IMG/VR virus record: IMGVR_UViG_3300009093_000022
DNA from: a virus
DNA length: 45,230 bases
Reading direction: 5' to 3' (one strand)
Within the stretch, counting starts at the first letter, position 1; every line of letters begins with the position of its first letter. Of this stretch, positions 32,448-39,880 are shown in pieces. The position numbers and the translations under genes were made by a program. The notes beneath the pieces were generated by a model, which worked only from the letters and a program-made list of their open reading frames with translations, was not told the DNA's origin and did no database searches.

Positions 32448-33500
32448 GTGCCTGCGTACTACAACGAGCACGACCCATACGCCGCGCAGTGGCTGCGCAA
32501 CCTGATCGCCGCCGGACACATCGCTCCTGGCGACGTCGATGAACGGAGCATTGAGGATGTCCGACCTGATGACCTGCGAGCCTACGACCAGTGCCATTTC
32601 TTCGCCGGAATCGGCGTCTGGTCGTACGCGCTTCGACGCGCCGGCTGGCCCGATGATCGACCTGTTTGGACCGGTTCCTGTCCTTGCCAACCTTTCTCCG
32701 CGGCAGGCAAAGGAGCTGGGTTTGATGACGAGCGGCACCTGTGGCCTGTGTGGTACTGGCTCATCGGCGAGTGCCGCCCTCCAGTCATCTTTGGAGAGCA
32801 GGTTGCGAGTTCGGCTGTCGACCCTTGGATCGATCTTGTACACGCTGACATGGAAGCGCTGGACAACGCCTTCGGGTGTGTCCCGTTCCCGTCTGCGGGC
32901 GTCGATGCCTCGCACATCCGTGACCGGGCGTACTGGCTGGCCTACGCCAGTCGTGAACGATTCGAGCAATACCCGCAACGCAACTGCGAACCGATTCCCA
33001 AATGCGAAACCGGCGCACTCGGGGATGACATTGCTGGACGCGGCGACACTCGCAGGCTGGGGCACGCCGAACGCATCGGCGCCGGGCGGAACGCCGGAAC
33101 AGGCGCTGGCTCGCAAAGCAGGATTGCAGTGCGGGCAGTCAGTGACGACGCTCGATCACCAGGTGCAATTGGCTGGCTGGCCGACACCTCGAGCGGCGGA
33201 CGGCGAGAAGAATGTTCGGACGATGGACGGGGCATGGCGAGAGATCGAGAGGAAGGGTTCGCCGCAAGACCTCTCGATGGCAGCGGCAATTGTGGGGCTA
33301 GCCCGACTAACGGCTTCTGGCGAGCTGCTGATTGGCTCCTCTGCCGGGATGGAAAATGGCGGCCAGTTGAACCCGGCACATTCCCGCTGGTTGATGGGGC
33401 TCCCGCGCGAGTGGGACGACTGCGCGCCTACGGCAACGCGATCAACGCAGAAGCGGCAACGCAATTCATCCTCGCCGCGCAAGACATCCTGACCATCTGA
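32448..33500 (+). CDS. DNA (cytosine-5)-methyltransferase, with an anomalous middle region
   Basis: GTG 32448 (GAGG upstream). Motifs [36 protein letters not shown] and [15 protein letters not shown]. The middle ~130 codons are R/G/D/A-rich and look off-frame. Confidence 0.75.
   Translation: MPAYYNEHDPYAAQWLRNLIAAGHIAPGDVDERSIEDVRPDDLRAYDQCHFFAGIGVWSYALRRAGWPDDRPVWTGSCPCQPFSAAGKGAGFDDERHLWPVWYWLIGECRPPVIFGEQVASSAVDPWIDLVHADMEALDNAFGCVPFPSAGVDASHIRDRAYWLAYASRERFEQYPQRNCEPIPKCETGALGDDIAGRGDTRRLGHAERIGAGRNAGTGAGSQSRIAVRAVSDDARSPGAIGWLADTSSGGRREECSDDGRGMARDREEGFAARPLDGSGNCGASPTNGFWRAADWLLCRDGKWRPVEPGTFPLVDGAPARVGRLRAYGNAINAEAATQFILAAQDILTI
32539..33492 (+). other. +1-frame ORF inside the methyltransferase gene carrying LAGW(P/G)TP modules and a motif-IX-like [16 protein letters not shown]
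   Basis: 317 codons open. From about 32930 onward it has three ~40-aa modules, ordinary amino-acid composition and higher third-position GC than the annotated frame. A possible internal ATG lies at 32905. Confidence 0.35.
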
Positions 33501-33508
33501 GGACCACC

Positions 33509-34564
33509 ATGACCACCACCGACAATAGCCGCGCTGATGCGCTGACGGCACAAGAAGCACTCGCCGCGATCGAGACGTTCGAAATCGTCGGCGAGAACAA
33601 CGATTCGCGCGAACCGAACGACGACGATCGTTTCATCCTGACCGAGTTCATTGCGCACGCGTTCGGCGGATACCCTGTCGAGCAGCACGAAGCAGCGCCG
33701 GCCGACGTGAACCAGCTTCTCGAAGCCGCCGCACTCGGGCTGGAACGAGCCGGGATGCTCGACTGCATGCGCATCGTGCGGGGCATGAAACCCGGCTACC
33801 CAAAGCAACCCGCACCGGCCTCCCCGCTCGAAGGCACGGGCAATGGGGCGGATGAGCGGGTGGCGAATCCCATCGGCTATATCCGCGCAGATGATCTGAA
33901 AGAGCTGGCGGCTGGTAACGGCGCAATCATATCCCCGAAATGTGGCGCTACTGACGTGCCTGTGTTCGCCCGCGCCCCTCGCACTGAGGTGGCGGGGGCG
34001 GAAGCCCCGATTCTTAATCGGAAGGAATATGAGTATGCGCAACCCGGTTCGCCGGAATTTGATGGCGCAGAAGCATATGAGCAATATCTCGCTAAAACGT
34101 ATTCAAATGCAGAAGCGACGGAAGATGAGCGGGCGGATTGTATTACGTGGGCGAATGCAAACGGGTTCACGAAGTACCACGAATCGATGTGCGCAGCATG
34201 GGAAGAACGCGGACGCCGCGCGGCAGCATCGCAGCCCGCAGCGGGGCAAGAGACGCCGGAACCCGTGTGCTGGATCACGAAGGAGCAGCTCGAACAATTG
34301 GAAGACCTGACCTCCGATGCATGGGTCTACTGGCGCGAAACGGGCCACGTTGCTGAAGACGACGAGCTCGCGCTCTACACCGCCCCGCCCGCGCAGGTCG
34401 CCACTCGGCAGGGGCTGACGGACGAGCCGCCGTACTTCTGGCGTCGAATCTTGGACACCCTGAATCAGCAGGGCATCACGTGGACTGATGCGGGGTGGGT
34501 GTTCACAGATGACGATCGCCTTTACCGATTCGGCGTCGCCCTTCTCGAAGGAGCCAAGCAATGA
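33509..34564 (+). CDS. Hypothetical 351-aa acidic early protein
   Basis: Largest ORF of unknown function in the early operon. GAGGA RBS. Normal codon-position GC. Confidence 0.7.
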   Translation: MTTTDNSRADALTAQEALAAIETFEIVGENNDSREPNDDDRFILTEFIAHAFGGYPVEQHEAAPADVNQLLEAAALGLERAGMLDCMRIVRGMKPGYPKQPAPASPLEGTGNGADERVANPIGYIRADDLKELAAGNGAIISPKCGATDVPVFARAPRTEVAGAEAPILNRKEYEYAQPGSPEFDGAEAYEQYLAKTYSNAEATEDERADCITWANANGFTKYHESMCAAWEERGRRAAASQPAAGQETPEPVCWITKEQLEQLEDLTSDAWVYWRETGHVAEDDELALYTAPPAQVATRQGLTDEPPYFWRRILDTLNQQGITWTDAGWVFTDDDRLYRFGVALLEGAKQ

Positions 34565-34716
34565 GCCATCCCGAATTCATCGTGATCCGCGTCAAGCGGC
34601 CCGAGGACTACAACGACGTTTGCGCGGAGTTGGTAGCCGAAGACTTTCTCGCCACGCATGACAACGGGCATTGGCAATACGAAGTGGCTGACGGCGAAGG
34701 AGCCAAGCATGAATAA
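34561..34716 (+). CDS. 51-aa acidic protein
   Basis: Hand-translated as MSHPEFIVIRVKRPEDYNDVCAELVAEDFLATHDNGHWQYEVADGEGAKHE. ATGA overlap with the upstream stop. Confidence 0.45.
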   Translation: MSHPEFIVIRVKRPEDYNDVCAELVAEDFLATHDNGHWQYEVADGEGAKHE

Positions 34717-35050
34717 TACGCTGACGACCGCTCAGGTCGAAGCCGCGAAGGCAGCGGGATTCCATTGGCATACGGTCGGGAAATGTCTTGTCGTGCGCCA
34801 TAGCAGCGGCGCATGGGTTGCTGTCGATGAGATGCTCGCTCAATTCGCCACCCTCCTCGCCGCTCAGCAGCCGGAGCCGCGCGCCGAGGTGACAGTAGAG
34901 AATTTCGGAGATCAGGCACTCGCAATCTTGGAAGAATTAGTGTGGATGCGCTACGAGAAATGCCGAATCGTCTGTCAAGACCATATATCGGCCCTCACCT
35001 TCCAAACTGCGCGCGCCCTTGTCGCCGCCCGCGCAGGAGAAGGCCAATGA
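34709..35050 (+). CDS. Hypothetical protein
   Basis: 113 aa from ATG 34709. AAGGAG lies 7 nt upstream. Confidence 0.55.
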   Translation: MNNTLTTAQVEAAKAAGFHWHTVGKCLVVRHSSGAWVAVDEMLAQFATLLAAQQPEPRAEVTVENFGDQALAILEELVWMRYEKCRIVCQDHISALTFQTARALVAARAGEGQ

Positions 35051-35340
35051 CTGAACCGATTCTGACGCGCGAGGAAGTGCTTAAGTTCTTCGATGGATGG
35101 TGTTGTTCACATCCAGGATGCAAGGATTGGGTCGAAATACCAGAGGAAGTCCTTGTCGATCGACTGGCTGCCCTCCAAGCCGCCGTGCTGGAGAAGGTTT
35201 GCGGAGAGCCGATGGCATGGGCTGTTCTCGAATGCGTGCATCTCAAGCCGTGCAGCGTGACGCTTGATCATGAGGACATGGAAGGCCATCGGCCCGAACA
35301 CATCGTCCCGCTTTTCGCCCTCACCCGGAGCAAGCCATGA
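35047..35340 (+). CDS. Hypothetical protein
   Basis: 97 aa from ATG 35047. ATGA overlap with the upstream stop. Confidence 0.55.
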   Translation: MTEPILTREEVLKFFDGWCCSHPGCKDWVEIPEEVLVDRLAALQAAVLEKVCGEPMAWAVLECVHLKPCSVTLDHEDMEGHRPEHIVPLFALTRSKP

Positions 35341-35573
35341 AGATCACCGATGACATGCTGACTGGGTGGTTTCCGAATCATGTGAAGCCGACTCGCATCG
35401 GTTTATACGAAACGCATCGGCCATGCATGACTTCGGGACGACAAGATTTCATGGTTTGGACGGGATTTTTCTGGACCTATCAGGATGGCAGCTATACCGA
35501 CTTTGGCAAGCCATACGGAAGCGAAAGCGAGAGCAAATGGCGCGGCCTCAACAAGGAGCCACAACGTGACTGA
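35337..35573 (+). CDS. Hypothetical protein
   Basis: 78-aa aromatic-rich ORF. ATGA overlap. Confidence 0.55.
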   Translation: MKITDDMLTGWFPNHVKPTRIGLYETHRPCMTSGRQDFMVWTGFFWTYQDGSYTDFGKPYGSESESKWRGLNKEPQRD

Positions 35574-35922
35574 GAGAGAACTGATGCCGTGCCCGTTCTG
35601 CGGCAATCAGCCGTACATTGCCGAAGAAATGGATCCTGAAGACTGGTGGTATGTCGCCTGTCAAACGCCTGGCTGCATTTTGCCGATAGCGGCAGGTTAT
35701 ACGTCCATCGAATCAGCAATCGCGAAGTGGAACCGCCGCACCACTCCCGACAGGGAGGCGATCATCGAGGAATGCGCGAAGGTGTGCGAAGAATTGTCGG
35801 CTGGATTCAGTGAACCCGGTAAACACAGAACGCGCATGGTAGCCGCTGCGATGCAAGGTGCTCTGACCTGCGCTTATGCGATCCGACAAACCAAGACCGT
35901 CCCCAATGGAGAGAAGGGATGA
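35566..35922 (+). CDS. lar: Lar-family restriction alleviation protein with C-terminal extension
   Basis: GTG 35566 (AAGGAG 7 nt upstream). LMPCPFCG...WYVACQTPGC...ESAIAKWNRR matches the Lar-family zinc-ribbon pattern. A further ~60 aa follow. Confidence 0.6.
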   Translation: MTERELMPCPFCGNQPYIAEEMDPEDWWYVACQTPGCILPIAAGYTSIESAIAKWNRRTTPDREAIIEECAKVCEELSAGFSEPGKHRTRMVAAAMQGALTCAYAIRQTKTVPNGEKG

Positions 35923-36227
35923 CACCGCTCATCAAATCACCGGACATCTTGGAGCGACTCGACGGCGCTCTGAAGCGATTCACTGACCGCGATTTTTCGA
36001 TGCGCGTGCCGGTTGATCCGACTGACATCGATGTCGCATTGGGCGACGCCAAGGTCGAGATCGTGAATCTCCGCGCTGACCTCGAAGCCCGAGAAGCGGA
36101 TCGGCGGGATGCAATCGAGAAATCGGCAAAGATTTGTGACGAATACGCTTTTATGTCGGCTTCGTGCGTTGAAGCTGCATATAGGATTCGCGCCCTCGCG
36201 CAACGACAAGAAGGGGAAGAGAAGTGA
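35919..36227 (+). CDS. Hypothetical protein sharing a C-terminal motif with the Lar-like gene
   Basis: 102 aa. IEKSAKICDEY...CVEAAYRIRAL parallels IEECAKVCEEL...CAYAIRQ in the preceding gene. Confidence 0.55.
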   Translation: MTPLIKSPDILERLDGALKRFTDRDFSMRVPVDPTDIDVALGDAKVEIVNLRADLEAREADRRDAIEKSAKICDEYAFMSASCVEAAYRIRALAQRQEGEEK

Positions 36228-36622
36228 AGCGCCTAACCAAGTCCGAGCGCGAGCAGGTGCGCCAGATGTTCGGGGGTCGATGCGCATATTGCGGAGAGAT
36301 GTTGGGTGAGCGTTGGCACGCAGACCATGTTGAGCCAGTTTTGCGTGGCGTTGGTTCGTACTGGTCGGGGCTTCCGGCAGCTCGTATGCAGAATCATCGC
36401 ATCGACAACATGATGCCTTCATGCGCGCCATGCAATATCAGCAAAGCGACGTTCAGCATTGAGCAATGGCGCTCGATAATCGCCGGCCATGTTGGCGCAC
36501 TGAATCGCAATCATCCGACATATCGGCTGGCGAAAAAATACGGCCTCATCGCCGAAACGAACGAGGCCGTAACGTTTTACTTCGAGCGCCGCACCCCTGC
36601 TAGTGAGGGAGAACAGAAATGA
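36224..36622 (+). CDS. HNH endonuclease
   Basis: 132 aa, GTG start. CAYCG...HADHVEP...NMMPSCAPCNISK is an HNH pattern. Confidence 0.75.
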   Translation: MKRLTKSEREQVRQMFGGRCAYCGEMLGERWHADHVEPVLRGVGSYWSGLPAARMQNHRIDNMMPSCAPCNISKATFSIEQWRSIIAGHVGALNRNHPTYRLAKKYGLIAETNEAVTFYFERRTPASEGEQK

Positions 36623-37143
36623 CCGATATTGATGAACTAGAAAGGCTGGCGAAATCTGCAACACCGGGACCTTGGGTGGTATGCCAACATCTTAAGAGCG
36701 TCGAAGCGGATCAAGCATGCACATGTGGATATCGCGGTGTCATCTTTGGACCCGAGCAGGATATACCGATGGCGATCTGTCAGCCGGGGCATGATCAAGA
36801 ACTGGATGGGCAGGAAGGATTGGGGCCGCAGAACTATCCTCGCGAGGTGCAGATTGCCAATGGACGATGGATTGCGGCTGCTAACCCAACAGCAATCCTC
36901 GAACTGATCACTGAACTAAAAGCGTGCGAGGCGGCAAGAAAAGGAAGAAAAATGAAATCAGCCATCGGCTTCATCGCTTCATGGTCGTTCTTTTGGCTAG
37001 GTCACTGGGTCAGCCGTCCAATGGAGTGGTGGGACTGGGCAGACCATCTTTATACGCCATACAATTGGCTGATGCTGAAGTCGGTCTACTGGCAAAACTG
37101 GGGCGGCAAAGGCCCATGGAACCGTTGTGAAGAAGGAGATTAA
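36619..37143 (+). CDS. Ead/Ea22-like protein fused in frame to a Trp-rich hydrophobic C-terminal module
   Basis: SATPGPWVV...NGRWIAAANPTAILELI is Ea22-like. At 36952 an in-frame ATG is preceded by AAGGAAG and starts a 63-aa W-rich segment, MKSAIGFIASWSFFWLGHWV... Confidence 0.6.
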   Translation: MTDIDELERLAKSATPGPWVVCQHLKSVEADQACTCGYRGVIFGPEQDIPMAICQPGHDQELDGQEGLGPQNYPREVQIANGRWIAAANPTAILELITELKACEAARKGRKMKSAIGFIASWSFFWLGHWVSRPMEWWDWADHLYTPYNWLMLKSVYWQNWGGKGPWNRCEEGD

Positions 37144-37145
37144 AA

Positions 37146-37301
37146 ATGGATCAATCAGTGGTGACGGCGGCTTTGTTCTGTTTGGTTGTAGGAATGGCAA
37201 TTCTGAATGCTCGTAGTGCCCGTATCATTTGGCGCGCACGCAGAGCTGTCGAGGAAGCAAAAAAAACGATCGAAGAATGCGACGGCCACGCAACTAGTTA
37301 A
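37146..37301 (+). CDS. 51-aa single-TM protein
   Basis: Hand-translated as MDQSVVTAALFCLVVGMAILNARSARIIWRARRAVEEAKKTIEECDGHATS. AAGGAG lies 8 nt upstream. Confidence 0.5.
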   Translation: MDQSVVTAALFCLVVGMAILNARSARIIWRARRAVEEAKKTIEECDGHATS

Positions 37302-37366
37302 GGTCTGCTCCTGAATGCACACCACGCTCCAACGAATCTTAGAGATCAAACGCAAGGAATGGGGAT

Positions 37367-37579
37367 ATGAGCGAAGAACTGACGATTGCGCGGCGGGCTG
37401 TGCAGCTCTATGCCGAGAGTCATCCTCGGCCGCCTCAGGTCAACCAGAAGCAGGCAGCCGAAATGCTGGGCGTCAGCACCCGCACCATCCACAACATGAT
37501 CAAGCACGGGACGCTTAAGCTGAACCGATGCGGGATGATTCCGATCGAGCAGATCGATGCGGTCTTGCAGCCGGCCTAA
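37367..37579 (+). CDS. xis: Excisionase-type HTH protein
   Basis: 70 aa. KQAAEMLGVSTRTIHNMIKHG is an MerR/excisionase-type HTH. Convergent with and adjacent to int. Confidence 0.6.
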   Translation: MSEELTIARRAVQLYAESHPRPPQVNQKQAAEMLGVSTRTIHNMIKHGTLKLNRCGMIPIEQIDAVLQPA

Positions 37580-38574
37580 ATGCGCGCCGCGATGTCCTCG
37601 GCGGACTCGCGGTAGTAGACCTCACTCAGCATTCGAAGGTCTGTATGGCCGCTGATTTTAGAGAGCGTAAGGACATCGACGCGGCGAGCAAGCCGCGTCA
37701 GCGCCTCTGCGCGGCTGTCGTGGAAATGCAGCCCATCGATCTTGAGCTTGGTTTTCGCGCGATGGAACAAGGCGCTGAGTGAGTCGGAGTCGACCGTGAA
37801 GAATCGGTCCCGATCGGCCACCGGCGCAAGTAGTCTGGCAGCCTCGCGCGTGAGAGGGATCGCCCGAGGCTTTCCAGTCAGGTGCTGCATCTTGTGCTTG
37901 ACCGTCGCCACGCGCTTGCGTAGGTCGCAGTTCTTCTTGCCGAGCTGGAGAATCTCGCCGGCTCGCATCGCAGACCGGAGTGCTACCAGAAACGCTAGCG
38001 CGACCTCTTGGCTCTTTGTATCCGGAGCGCGGCCACTGACGTATCCCAGCGCTCGGCAGATGGGGCGCACTTCGCCCCACGGATCAATACGCCTGTCTCG
38101 AGGTGCACCCTCCTGCGGAACCTTGAATCCCGTGAACGGATTGTGCGTCAGCCAATGCCACTCGTCTCGAGCCGTGTAGAACACGTTGCGGATCAGGTTG
38201 ATGTCTCGCACCACCGACCCCGGCTTCACTTTCTTGAGGCGCGCGTCGCGCCACTCAACCAGTTGCGGTGTCTTGAACTCAGCCAGCGTCAGCGCGGCCA
38301 GGTGCGGAAAGTCTTTCTCAAACGCTTTCAGACGAAGCATCTCGGACCTGGCGCCGGCCTTCTTGTCCGACACCTTCTCTATGTACTCGCGGAACATCTC
38401 GCCCACGGTATGCAGTTCGCCCGGGTCCCGACCCATCTGCGTCCGGATCTCGGTTTCCCGGTTGGCCGCCCACGCCTTGGCCTCCCGCTGGGTGCGGAAG
38501 GTCTGGGAGTCCCGCACGTCGCCCATCTTGATCTGGGCGCGCCATCCGGACTTGTATGGGGTGATCGATGCCAC
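37576..38574 (-). CDS. int: Tyrosine integrase
   Basis: 332 aa. SAM-like N-terminal domain. Catalytic-region motifs LRSAMRAGE, HFHDSRAEA and GHTDLRMLSEVYY. Confidence 0.9.
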   Translation of the reverse strand: MASITPYKSGWRAQIKMGDVRDSQTFRTQREAKAWAANRETEIRTQMGRDPGELHTVGEMFREYIEKVSDKKAGARSEMLRLKAFEKDFPHLAALTLAEFKTPQLVEWRDARLKKVKPGSVVRDINLIRNVFYTARDEWHWLTHNPFTGFKVPQEGAPRDRRIDPWGEVRPICRALGYVSGRAPDTKSQEVALAFLVALRSAMRAGEILQLGKKNCDLRKRVATVKHKMQHLTGKPRAIPLTREAARLLAPVADRDRFFTVDSDSLSALFHRAKTKLKIDGLHFHDSRAEALTRLARRVDVLTLSKISGHTDLRMLSEVYYRESAEDIAARI

Positions 38575-38717
38575 CGTGGGGCCTCGCGTGGGGCAGTTAT
38601 GGGGCCGCCAGTGTATAAAGAACCATTTCGGCCGGCAAGTAGCAGAAACCGCGCCTTCGCCTATCCCCTTGATTTCTTGTATTTTCCGTATAAAGTGGAA
38701 CGTTCAGGAAGTGTTAG

Positions 38718-38734
38718 TGGTGCCGGGGACCGGA
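38718..38734 (-). other. Candidate attP core resembling a tRNA 3' end
   Basis: Minus strand reads TCCGGTCCCCGGCACCA, i.e. a T-stem 3' half, a 7-nt acceptor strand, discriminator A and CCA. The upstream T-loop is not canonical, so this is a fragment and not a gene. Lies in the int-proximal non-coding region. Confidence 0.35.
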
Positions 38735-38845
38735 GTTTAACGGCCACATTCCTACTTGCTGGAAAATTCCGTGGGGCTTTTTTGGGGCCCCGCATCACAA
38801 GTGCGCCCGATGCTAATATTCGGTGCGAGGAAAAAGGAAGAGACA

Positions 38846-39880
38846 ATGGCCCCAAATAATCAGAACGCGTTCACCGCGCTCCGCTTGCTCGCCGCCTACG
38901 CGGTGATCATCACGCACAGCCATGTCGTGCTAGGACTTGGCCCGGACTGGCTCGAGGCGCACGGCTTCCCGCAGTTTAGCGAGCTCGGCGTCGACGCCTT
39001 CTTTGCGATCAGTGGATACCTGGTGTGCAAGTCGCTGCAACGCAACGCCAGCCCGCTCGCATACCTGCGCAACCGGGCGCTGCGCATCTTCCCCGGGCTT
39101 GCGGCCCTGATCCTGCTGACGATCTTCGTGGCCGGCCCGATCATGACGCACACATGGTTCCCGGAATGGCTCGAGTATCTGACGAACTTGTCGCTGTACA
39201 AAATGGTCCCGACGCTTCCCCATTTCTTCGCGACAAATCCAATTCCAGTCATCAACGGGTCGCTGTGGACGCTGGCGCTCGAAGTCACGTGCTACCTACT
39301 TCTGCTCAGCGTGTCGTGGGCCGGCGCGCTGAACTGGAAGGGTACGCTGCTGATGCTGGTGGGGTGCTATGTCGCGTTGATGGGTGACCTGCTGTGGCAG
39401 GGCAATGTGCTGTTTGGCGTGAACACCTTCCAGATCGCGCGACTCGGCATCTACTTTTGGGGTGGCGCCTTCATCGCGACTATCACGCTGCCGCGTAGTT
39501 GGCCGTTGTGGGCCACTTCAGTCGTCGTGGCGCTGGCACCCTTCTATCTGTTCGCTTCGGATCCTGATTGGAAAATCAAGGCGTATGCGTTCAATCTGCT
39601 GCTGCCGTTCATCGTCATCTTTGCGGCGGAGCGCCTACCGAAGTTGGCTTTTCTGAACCGCTTCGATATATCGTACGGCGTCTACATCTACGCTTTCCTC
39701 GTGCAGCAGATGCTGGTGCGGCACTTCGGAATTGGGCTGCACCCGACGTCGCTGTCGCTTCTCACGATCGCAATCGTGACGCCGATCGCCTCAGCCTCGT
39801 GGTTCCTGATCGAGAAGCCAGCACTCAATCTAAAGAACGGATCAGCAGGCTCGCGAAGAAGGATGCCCCATGTGGTTTAG
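38846..39880 (+). CDS. Acyltransferase family 3 membrane protein (candidate O-antigen/polysaccharide acetyltransferase)
   Basis: ATG 38846 (AAGGAAG upstream). FTALRLLAAYAVIITHS...FFAISGYLV and about 10 hydrophobic segments. Next to int/attP, as is typical for conversion genes. Confidence 0.75.
   Translation: MAPNNQNAFTALRLLAAYAVIITHSHVVLGLGPDWLEAHGFPQFSELGVDAFFAISGYLVCKSLQRNASPLAYLRNRALRIFPGLAALILLTIFVAGPIMTHTWFPEWLEYLTNLSLYKMVPTLPHFFATNPIPVINGSLWTLALEVTCYLLLLSVSWAGALNWKGTLLMLVGCYVALMGDLLWQGNVLFGVNTFQIARLGIYFWGGAFIATITLPRSWPLWATSVVVALAPFYLFASDPDWKIKAYAFNLLLPFIVIFAAERLPKLAFLNRFDISYGVYIYAFLVQQMLVRHFGIGLHPTSLSLLTIAIVTPIASASWFLIEKPALNLKNGSAGSRRRMPHVV

Noticed and set aside
38701-38760. A tRNA gene next to the integrase
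   Set aside because: Only the last ~17 nt look like a tRNA 3' end. The preceding sequence does not form a canonical T-arm (loop TTAAACT/C with non-complementary stems) or the rest of a cloverleaf. I interpret it as an attP core fragment.
39877-39880. Overlapping convergent stop codons (TTAG) of the acyltransferase and the fibre-like gene, and CTAA for xis/int at 37576..37579, as a special regulatory device
   Set aside because: Such 4-nt convergent overlaps arise easily in compact phage genomes. Nothing beyond the overlap itself suggests function, so it is mentioned only in context.
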